From positions 1,984,001 to 2,048,000 of the forward strand of contig OX337228.1 of assembly GCA_946965045.2 (NCBI GenBank): a stretch of DNA of 64,000 nt. Reading direction: 5' to 3'. The position numbers and the translations under genes are program-made. This stretch comes from Epithemia pelagica (lineage: Eukaryota; Protista; Bacillariophyta). Under the pieces are notes generated by a model that ran no database searches, was not told the DNA's origin, and saw only the letters and a program-made list of their open reading frames with translations. Positions 44,296 through 52,020 of this stretch are shown here, piece by piece (within the stretch, counting starts at the first letter, position 1; every line of letters begins with the position of its first letter).

Positions 44296-45747
44296 ATGTC
44301 TTCATCTACTGCCCCTGAAAATCCCAAGGAAGATTTCAAGGCTGCCGTTAAACGCTGTGGATACAATGATGCCACCGTTACCTACATCATTGAGCAGGGT
44401 TTTGATGATGCTCAATCGTTCATGACTGTTGCGGTCCATCAAGTGCTGTCGATGTTGAAGATGATGGCGAAGACCCCTCCAGAGAACGGGGCCTTTCCCT
44501 TCAGTGCTAACCTGCAGCTCCACGGCTTCCGCATGTGACTCGAATACCGTTCGTCTCGTGGTCAGGCTCTTAAAGTCTCACTTTTCTCTGATCCGCCCCT
44601 GATCAAGAAATGGACCAAACGTACCCAGGAACTGTTTGCACTCAACAAGGAAGTTGCCTCCGATGAACTGACCCCACCGAAAGAGTTGACTTCGTTTACT
44701 CAGTGGGAGGTGTTTAACGATGCCTTGCTCACGTTCCTCGCACAGCATCGCAATCCCACAACGGGAGTCCCTTTGACATACGTCCTTCGTGAAACTAAGC
44801 CTGTCGGTTCTGAAGCAAGGAATGCTGCCTACGATACTATCGATGACGATTTGATTGCTACTACTATCCTGCAAGGTGATCAGTATGCCCTTGACAATCA
44901 ACGCGTCTTCACACTGATGAAACCTTTTCTTGTTGGCGGACCTGGCCTGACGTTCATCAAGCCACACCAAAAGAAGAAGGACGGCCGTGAGGCTTATCTT
45001 GCGTTGACTCGCCAAGCTACTGGAACAGCAGCTGTCACCATCCGCAAGAAAGAAGCATACGCTGCTATTGCCGACGCGAAGTTTACAGGCCGCGGTCGTT
45101 TCTCGTATCAACAATATGTTCACCGCCATCAGAAAGCTCATAATACGTTGGCTGAACTTGATGAACCCGTTGCCGAAACCAAAAAGGTAACCGATTTCCT
45201 CAAAGGTATATCGGATCCCTCTTTGGCGGCGGGAAAGACGGTCGTCAATGGTGACGCAGCAAAGCTTTCTGATTTTGAAGCATGCCAGCAGTATTTTGGC
45301 ACGTTGATTGCTGCATCCCGTACCGACAAGACCAATGACGAGAATCGAAAGATTGCTGGTGTGGGTACGACTAAGACTAGTGGAAAGAAGAATGGTCGTA
45401 ACAAGCAGAATAAGAAGAAGACACGTCATTACAGTTTGGATGAATGGCGCAAGCTCTCTGATGAAGAGAAGGCCGAAATCCTCCGTGCCCGTAAAGAACA
45501 GAAAGACAACGAACAGAAAGACGCTAATGGAAAGCGCAAGGCCGGAGCCGTGCGAACTGAAGATGAAAATGGCTCTCGCAAGTTGAGTAAAACTGAAACT
45601 CCAAAGTCTGATGACATGAAATTGGAGACCACTGACCTGGATGGCAACGACGCGCCGAACCATTCCGAGCCTGATCCTCCTGTTGCTGATGAAGCGACTG
45701 TTCCCAAAACCTCAGCCGGAAACAGTTTCGGACGCTTTTGCCCATAG
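44296..45747 (+). pseudogene. gag: Retrotransposon gag with in-frame TGA at 44536-44538
   Basis: The 84-aa ORF and the 353-aa ORF share one frame, separated only by a single TGA. Contains PLTYVLRE and YSLDEWRKLSDEEKAEILRAR. Confidence 0.8.
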
Positions 45748-45856
45748 TAAAAAAGGATCTACAAAGCCGCACAACCCTGATGAAACCAAGGAGCCTACAA
45801 CTGCCGTTGCGAAAGCTGCCCTTGCTGATAAGGCCACAAAGCAGACCTGAGGCTGT

Positions 45857-48800
45857 GTGCCCAGTGATGAAATTGATAAAACAAATCTTATCCGTCCACA
45901 TTTCTCACTTGTAGGCACCCCTACCTTCAGCTTAGCCTTTGCACACCGTTTATGTGCTGCCGTATCACAGTCCCATACCACTGATCCGATTGATCTGACA
46001 TGTGAAATGGACTCGCATGCTGACACTTGTTGTGTTGGTCGCAACTTTGTGAAATTTAGGGAACCTGACCGTTACATCACTGTTTCCCCATTCTCAGAGG
46101 AATATAAACCCCTCGAGCGTATCCCCGTCACCACGACCGCCACTGTCTGGACTGATGCCCACAACAATAGTTATCTATTGCTGTTTCACGAGTCGTTATT
46201 CTTCGGGGACCGATTGTCCCAATCATTGATTTGTCCCAATCAACTGCGTTCAAACGGCCTCATTGTCCATGATGTGCCGCGTCAGTTTGACCCTTACAGC
46301 ACACACAGCATTCGTATTCCCGATGCTGACCTGACCATTCCTCTAGAAATGTCCGGTGTTATCTCTGGCTTCGCGACCACGAAGCCAACCCCGGAGGAGC
46401 TCGAGTCGCTCCCACGGATAGTCATGACTGCTGATTCGGTGTGGCACCCTCATTCGTCCACCTTTGCTGCCGCGGAGGAGAAAGCCAATGCATCCAATGC
46501 ATCTGCTGTCCGCCAAGTTGATCCGAATTCGATTGCCGCATCCTGTGTCCCGCGGTTGGTTGCTGCCGTCCGATCATACGACGAAACCTATGGCTATTGC
46601 ATGGAACTTGAGAATGACGAGGATGAACTATGCAACCGCTTAGTTGCTGCCGTTCGAGTGTCCCATCCACCAAGTGCCAAGGACACTGTGGACATTGAGG
46701 ACCTTGATCCCGACGAATACTTTCTCAAAGCCGTTAAGTCTGCTTCGTCACGACCAACGAAAGCCGTAAAAGTCTTGCCATCTTCTTCTAAGACTGTACT
46801 TGATCCCCAGACCTTGTCTTCTCGATGGAATGTCGGCCTTACTAAGGCCAAGAAGACTTTACAAGTGACAACCCAGGCTGGGGTCCGAAATGTCCTTGTC
46901 CCATCCGAACGCAAGGTCCGAAAGAAAGCTCCATGGCTCAAATTCCCGAATGTCAAGGGACGATGGTTTTGCGACGAGATGTTCTCCAAGTGCCCATCGC
47001 TTGATCTTCACACGGGTGCTTCCGTATTTACTGATGGAAAGGGCTATGATTTTGTCTATCCCTGGAAATCAAAGAAGCAACACCCTGAAGGTCTGATGTC
47101 CCTTATCCAGAATGTCGGAATTCCTCAGACGTTAATTTCTGATGGTGCGCAAGAGCTATTTCATGGACGTTCTCGTGAGATCTGTAATGAGTACCGTATC
47201 AAACAAGAAGTGACCGTCCCATACAGTCAATGGCAGAATGCCGCCGAAGCGAGCATCTGTGAGTTGAAGAAAGGTGTTATTAGGAAGTTACGTCAAACTG
47301 GTGCACCACGACGCACATGGTCCTATGCGCTGAAGTGGGTTGCCTCCGTCCGCCAGTTAACTGCCTCTGATATCCCTGAACTTAATGGACAAACGCCATT
47401 TGAACACGTTCTTGGATCGACACCCGACATCTCTCCCATGGCTTTGTTTGATTTCTATCAACCTGTATACTATTATACGCCGTCGCATGACTTCCCTCAT
47501 GAGCGTAAATGTATTGGGCGCTGGCTTGGTCTTGCCGATGACTGTATTGATGACATGGCTTTCAACGTCTTGACAGAGAAAGGTCGAGTTATTGTCCGAA
47601 AAGATGTGTGGGCAATCCCTGACGACGATATAAAAAATCCCACAATCCGTCAACAACTGGAAGTCTATGATGGTCTTATCAAGACTCTCCTCGTGGATAC
47701 ATCGCCGTCTTCCGATGAAGATGCCGCCAACGTTTCCCCTGATCCACCCGATGATTTCTTTGGAGAAGACGAAAGTGAATCTCTCTTTCCTGCTGCTCTT
47801 GACTCCGATACACCTCTCCCTGATGCTGACGACTACACTCCGGAGGAGTTAGACGAATATCTCACAGCCGAAGTCATGCTGCCGCATGGCGGGGACCAGG
47901 CCAGAGCCAAGATCATAGGCCGCTCCAAAGATGAACATGGCCGACCAATTGGCAAACGTGATCCAAATCCAATCTTAGACACACGTTTCTATGACGTGCT
48001 GTATCCCGATGGATCGACCGAATCTCTTGCTGCCAATCTCATTGCCGAGAACCTTTACTCTCAAGTCGACACTGAGGGCAACTCCTATGCCATTGTAAAG
48101 GATATCATTGGACATCGCAAAACCAAGGACGCTGTCCTCCGAACGGATCCGGACTGGTTGAATGGCCGTAAACGCCATACAACCGTTGGTTGGGAACATG
48201 AGTGTGAACTCTCCGATGGTTCTACTGTTTGGATCCCTCTCAAAGATCTCAAAAACGATTCGCCTGTACAACTAGCCGAATATGCTGTTGCGGCGGGGCT
48301 TGCCAAAGAACCGGCCTATGCCTGGTGGGTTCCACATACGTTACGCAAACGTGGTGTGATTCTTGCGAAAGTAAAATCTCGCTATTGGAAACGTACCCAC
48401 AAATATGGTATTGAACTGCCCAAAACCGTTCAAGAAGCTCTTGAGATTGATCGTCGAACGGGGACTGATTTCTGGCGGAAAGCCATCAAAAAGGAGATGA
48501 AAGATGTTCGCATTGCCTTTGAATTCCGTGCTGATGACAAAGTACCAATTGGATACAAACATATCCCATGTCATATGGTCTTTGATATCAAGTCTGATCT
48601 TCGCCGTAAAGCCCGACTGGTTGCCGGCGGGCATAAGACTGATCCACCGAAGGAATCCACGTACTCCAGTGTTGTATCCCGTGATAGCGTACGAATTGCA
48701 TTCACTATCGCTGCCCTTAATGGCCTGGACGTGTTGGCCGGGGACGTACAAAATGCATACCTCAATGCACCCACAAAAGAGCGAACTTATATTACGGCGG

Positions 48801-50107
48801 GACTAGAATTTGGTCCCGAAAACATTGGCCGACCTGCACTGATTGTTCGTGCTCTGTATGGTTTGAAGAGTTCTGCTGCTCGTTGGCGTGATCACATTGC
48901 CGCAACACTTTGTGAAATGAAGTTCAAAAGTTGCTTGGCTGACCCTGATGTCTGGCTTCGACCTCAAGTCCGACCATCTGATGGGTTCCAATACTATGAG
49001 TATGTACTTGTCTACATAGACGACATACTCTGTGTCAGTCATGATCCGCGATCGATCATGAATGATCTGGAAAAAGGGTATACAATCAAACCCGAGAGTA
49101 TTAAAGACCCAGACGAATACTTGGGATCTGAGATTCGACACTATACCATACCAGATACTGACGATCCTGAGAACAAACCCCGATGGGCCATGTCCTCCGA
49201 CAAATATGTTAAACGTGCCATATCTGAAATTGAGACCGAACTGTCTAAAGTTGGCCAAAAGCTACAGACACGAGTCTCAACTCCGCTTGCCACTGGGTAT
49301 CGTCCTGAGATCGACTCATCTCCTGAACTGGACCCCCGACGTGCAAATTACTGTCAGGGACTAATTGGTATCCTTCGTTGGGTTGTGGAACTTGGTCGTA
49401 TCGATATCATTGTTGCCGTATCACAACTGTCCCGATATCTAGCTATGCCACGTGAAGGACACCTCGAACAAGCCTTGCACATTTTTGCATACCTAAAAGC
49501 GCATGGACGTTCCACCCTAGTGTTCGACGACACAACTCCGACCTTCGACGAGGATCGTTTCTTCCAGGCAGACTGGTCTGAATACTACCCTGATGCTAGT
49601 GACCCTTTGCCGCCCAATATGCCACCACCTCGTGGACGGGCTGTTACCACAACTTGTTTTGTTGATGCCGATCACGCTGGTTGTCTTGCTACGCGTCGCT
49701 CACAAACTGGTATTCTTATGTTCTTACAACGAGCACCTATCTTGTGGTATTCCAAACGACAGAGTACTGTTGAGACATCAACATTTGGCTCCAAATTTGT
49801 CGCAATGAAGACTGCCATCGAACAGATAGAGGGTTTCCGTTACAAGTTGAGAATGATGGGCATTCCACTTGATGGCGAAACCAATGTGTTCTGTGATAAT
49901 GAATCTGTGTTCAAGAGTGCAACCATGCCTGAAGTCACTCTGAAGAAGAAACACAATGCGATTGCTTACCATTGCACACGTGAGGCACAAGCCGCCAACA
50001 TTGTGCGTATCGCCTGGGAAGAAGGTGAAACCAATCTTGCGGACCTGCTGACAAAATCGTTACCAGGACCCCGATTGCGTTTTCTAGCACAACGCGTTTT
50101 GTGGTGA
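45857..50107 (+). CDS. pol: Retrotransposon pol polyprotein (protease, integrase, reverse transcriptase, RNase H)
   Basis: PR: EMDSHADTCCVG. IN: WFCDEMF, LISDGA, QWQNAAE. RT: AGDVQNAYL, VYIDDIL. RH: FVDADHAG, STFGSKF (E to K), FCDNESV. Confidence 0.95.
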   Translation: MPSDEIDKTNLIRPHFSLVGTPTFSLAFAHRLCAAVSQSHTTDPIDLTCEMDSHADTCCVGRNFVKFREPDRYITVSPFSEEYKPLERIPVTTTATVWTDAHNNSYLLLFHESLFFGDRLSQSLICPNQLRSNGLIVHDVPRQFDPYSTHSIRIPDADLTIPLEMSGVISGFATTKPTPEELESLPRIVMTADSVWHPHSSTFAAAEEKANASNASAVRQVDPNSIAASCVPRLVAAVRSYDETYGYCMELENDEDELCNRLVAAVRVSHPPSAKDTVDIEDLDPDEYFLKAVKSASSRPTKAVKVLPSSSKTVLDPQTLSSRWNVGLTKAKKTLQVTTQAGVRNVLVPSERKVRKKAPWLKFPNVKGRWFCDEMFSKCPSLDLHTGASVFTDGKGYDFVYPWKSKKQHPEGLMSLIQNVGIPQTLISDGAQELFHGRSREICNEYRIKQEVTVPYSQWQNAAEASICELKKGVIRKLRQTGAPRRTWSYALKWVASVRQLTASDIPELNGQTPFEHVLGSTPDISPMALFDFYQPVYYYTPSHDFPHERKCIGRWLGLADDCIDDMAFNVLTEKGRVIVRKDVWAIPDDDIKNPTIRQQLEVYDGLIKTLLVDTSPSSDEDAANVSPDPPDDFFGEDESESLFPAALDSDTPLPDADDYTPEELDEYLTAEVMLPHGGDQARAKIIGRSKDEHGRPIGKRDPNPILDTRFYDVLYPDGSTESLAANLIAENLYSQVDTEGNSYAIVKDIIGHRKTKDAVLRTDPDWLNGRKRHTTVGWEHECELSDGSTVWIPLKDLKNDSPVQLAEYAVAAGLAKEPAYAWWVPHTLRKRGVILAKVKSRYWKRTHKYGIELPKTVQEALEIDRRTGTDFWRKAIKKEMKDVRIAFEFRADDKVPIGYKHIPCHMVFDIKSDLRRKARLVAGGHKTDPPKESTYSSVVSRDSVRIAFTIAALNGLDVLAGDVQNAYLNAPTKERTYITAGLEFGPENIGRPALIVRALYGLKSSAARWRDHIAATLCEMKFKSCLADPDVWLRPQVRPSDGFQYYEYVLVYIDDILCVSHDPRSIMNDLEKGYTIKPESIKDPDEYLGSEIRHYTIPDTDDPENKPRWAMSSDKYVKRAISEIETELSKVGQKLQTRVSTPLATGYRPEIDSSPELDPRRANYCQGLIGILRWVVELGRIDIIVAVSQLSRYLAMPREGHLEQALHIFAYLKAHGRSTLVFDDTTPTFDEDRFFQADWSEYYPDASDPLPPNMPPPRGRAVTTTCFVDADHAGCLATRRSQTGILMFLQRAPILWYSKRQSTVETSTFGSKFVAMKTAIEQIEGFRYKLRMMGIPLDGETNVFCDNESVFKSATMPEVTLKKKHNAIAYHCTREAQAANIVRIAWEEGETNLADLLTKSLPGPRLRFLAQRVLW

Positions 50108-50261
50108 TTACATGATCGAATTCATTGTCCTCACACCCCTCTTTTATTGTCCGAATAGACACCCCTCTTAATTGAGAAAAAATAGTCCTGATGGACCGGC
50201 CTCTGCTGAAACAAGTCGTGGGCGACCTAGTCGAAATGCTTCCGATCTAGCTCGCGGGGAC

Positions 50262-50435
50262 TGAATAAATCCCGCCAACAGGTCGCATATTGGCGGATAC
50301 ATGGTCGCATATTGGCGAATATGCATCGCCTACATATGCTGCTACGCATCTAGTTTTCTAGTCATAATTTTGGTCTAGCCACTTGTTGCACGCCGTATAC
50401 ACCGTGTTGTAGCGTGTAGTGGCAGGATTTATACA
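50262..50435 (+). repeat. 3' LTR
   Basis: Matches the 5' LTR except at two positions (TTCTATG vs TGCTACG). Preceded by GCGGGGAC. Confidence 0.97.
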
Positions 50436-50488
50436 GATGTGCACAACAACGAAAACCGCGCAATGGCGAGGTGGAAAAAACAAAAGGT

Positions 50489-50529
50489 TGACGACTGTGG
50501 GATTTGAACCCAAGCCTCCGAAGAGAATG
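50489..50529 (-). pseudogene. 3'-half fragment of tRNA-Leu (variable arm, T arm, acceptor 3' strand) created by the duplication
   Basis: Same as 51581-51621 except one change in the T stem (CCCAAG vs CCCACG on the plus strand). No 5' half. Confidence 0.85.
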
Positions 50530-50638
50530 TCGTGGGCATGATTCATGATCTGGGTGATGTCATGCGATATCTTTTTCGAGCGACTGGAAGTCTGCTACCC
50601 GTGCTATCACCTCCTGATCAAAAGAGTAGGAGTGCTAG

Positions 50639-51479
50639 TGTCTATTCTACCCCTGTACTCATATGAGGACAAATCCTCATATGAGTACACTTTCAAAAGA
50701 AGAATATCAAATCAATCATGTACTCCTAAGTGGTTTTTAAGTTCAGATTCGTAATCTCCATACTTGAAAACGTACCCCGTGGTATTCTCATGGTTTAATT
50801 GTGATGAGTAGTGACGATACAGTATCAAAAACAGAATTCATCCATGTTGGAGCGATGGTGATTTTCTAAACTGAGTGTTTGGAGGGGATAAAACAGAAGA
50901 CAATCAACCTGATGAGTGTTATTATCCCTAGTGATGATGACCAGTTGTCCTTTGCCTGATTGAGGCATCAAATTGAGAGAATTCAGCCAAAACAAGCCTA
51001 CATCACCACAGAGGAAAATTCTGAGACCGTAACAGCATTCGACACCAATACAGGGTCAAATGCGGCGTCTGAGCCTCCTGCACCCCAACAGTTCATGTAC
51101 AGAAAGCACAGACACCTTCAGGGAACCAGGAAAGTGCAGTGGGAGACTCAAATCCGCCAATGTATGTGAGGACAGTTGATTTCCCTCGACAAAATGGTTG
51201 GATTTGCCCTACATAAACTGGATGGATGCATTTTCCAACACACGTAGTGTCTTGCCACATAAACATAGAACATAATGGTTGATTGTGGTCTATTACTTTT
51301 CTATTTTAGTTGTTCATTTTTTTGGTAGAACGGCAGATTCCCATGGTTGGGTTACATTTTTTGTCGATAGCTTCGTACAAAAGCTACTGTGGTCTACGTA
51401 GATATGATTTTAGTAGGATTGTCCTCATATGAGGACAAGCGCTGTCCTCATATGAGGACAAACCGGCGTAGAATAGACA
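50639..51479. mobile_element. 841-bp non-autonomous TIR DNA transposon (MITE-like) inserted at CTAG
   Basis: 12-bp perfect TIR TGTCTATTCTAC/GTAGAATAGACA, flanked by CTAG at 50635-50638 and 51480-51483. The empty site GTGCTAGAC is preserved in duplication copy 1. Subterminal palindromes of the TCCTCATATGAGGA type at both ends. Confidence 0.9.
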
Positions 51480-51566
51480 CTAGACAAGTAGTCCTACTGA
51501 AAATGTAGGGTTCCACGCCCTCGAAAGGATGTGCACAACAACGAAAACCGCGCAATGGCGAGGTGG

Positions 51567-51577
51567 AAAAAACAAAA
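51567..51577 (-). terminator. RNA polymerase III terminator of the tRNA-Leu gene
   Basis: Minus strand reads ACC-TTTTGTTTTTT immediately after discriminator A73. Confidence 0.8.
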
Positions 51578-51580
51578 GGT

Positions 51581-51746
51581 TGACGACTGTGGGATTTGAA
51601 CCCACGCCTCCGAAGAGAATGGATCCTGATTCCACCTGCAGGTGAGGGGAGGTTTCGATGCTCGTGAGCAGTGGCCAGATGACATTCAACAAGTAGAGCT
51701 ACTGCTGCAATATACTTACCACCTTAGACCGCTCGGTCAAGCCGTC
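51581..51746 (-). tRNA. trnL-CAG: tRNA-Leu(CAG), exons 51746-51720 and 51635-51581, interrupted by an 84-nt GT-AG intron at position 26/27
   Basis: Spliced sequence GACGGCTTGACCGAGCGGTCTAAGGTG+GTGGAATCAGGATCCATTCTCTTCGGAGGCGTGGGTTCAAATCCCACAGTCGTCA (82 nt). It folds fully: acceptor GACGGCT/AGTCGTC, D stem ACC/GGT, anticodon stem GTGGA/TCCAT around AT-CAG-GA, Leu-type variable arm CTC-TTCG-GAG, T arm GTGGG-TTCAAAT-CCCAC, discriminator A73. Confidence 0.9.
51636..51719 (-). other. Spliceosomal-type intron inside the tRNA gene
   Basis: GTAAGTATATTG...TGCTCACGAGCATCGAAACCTCCCCTCACCTGCAG: donor, branch-like motif, pyrimidine tract and acceptor all resemble the mRNA introns in this window. Confidence 0.8.
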
Positions 51747-51870
51747 CCGCGTCTTTTGCTTACATTAAATCACACAAATTGTCATTTCCCATAAAGGCTT
51801 CATCGCACAATACGATGATCGAATGGAAGTGGAACGACCGAGAAGTTATAAGGCAGTAAATATTACAATT

Positions 51871-52016
51871 ATTAGGCGTTGATAATGTAGTCAGACTTCA
51901 TAGCCACTACCGGAAGGGAAAGCTTCTCCTGTGACGTCTTTTCAACCCGACATTGATTAGGCGTTGATAATGTAGTCAGACTTCATAGCCACTGCCGGAA
52001 GGGAAAGCTTCTCCTG
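51871..52016. repeat. Two 61-bp direct repeats (51871-51931, 51956-52016; one mismatch) with a 24-bp spacer
   Basis: ATTAGGCGTTGATAATGTAGTCAGACTTCATAGCCACT(A/G)CCGGAAGGGAAAGCTTCTCCTG read twice. Confidence 0.9.
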
Positions 52017-52020
52017 GCGT

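Larger units (their letters stand above)
43353..50435 (+). mobile_element. Full-length Ty1/copia LTR retrotransposon (diatom CoDi-like), 7083 bp, probably inactivated
   Basis: 174-bp LTRs (43353-43526 and 50262-50435, TG..CA, 172/174 identical). GATG duplicated at 43349-43352 and 50436-50439. PBS-like segment at 43527-43540, short purine tract at 50254-50260, gag then PR-IN-RT-RH domain order. Confidence 0.97.
43196..51621. repeat. 247-bp tandem duplication, each copy interrupted by a different transposon
   Basis: Copy 1 = 43196-43352 + 50440-50529. Copy 2 = 50530-50638 + 51484-51621. Manual alignment gives 245/247 identity. Confidence 0.9.

Noticed and set aside
44536-44538. Selenocysteine or programmed readthrough at the gag TGA
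   Set aside because: No supporting structure was recognised, and other lesions in the same copy point to mutational decay.
44578-45663. 361-aa antisense ORF within gag
   Set aside because: Hydrophobic mirror of the Lys/Glu-rich gag frame with no independent motif.
50960-51169. Transposase remnant inside the TIR element
   Set aside because: Short non-ATG ORF with no DDE or other recognisable motif in any frame I translated.
51636-51719. tRNA insertion read as an archaeal-type bulge-helix-bulge (TSEN) intron
   Set aside because: The required 4-bp central helix would pair AAGG (exon 1) with CTGC (intron end), which are not complementary, and the site is not 37/38.
51631-51724. tRNA insertion read as a transposon footprint with AGGTG target duplication
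   Set aside because: Removing it at the AGGTG repeat yields TAAGGTGGAATCAGG, 3 nt too short, with no anticodon stem. Only GT-AG excision restores the cloverleaf.
51581-51746. CUG-reassigning Ser or Ala tRNA(CAG)
   Set aside because: Discriminator A73, G37, the CCGAGCGGTCTAAGG D arm and the short-stem variable arm are Leu-type. There is no G73 and no G3:U70 pair.
51871-52016. CRISPR-like repeat-spacer unit
   Set aside because: Only two 61-bp copies, eukaryotic context and no cas genes.
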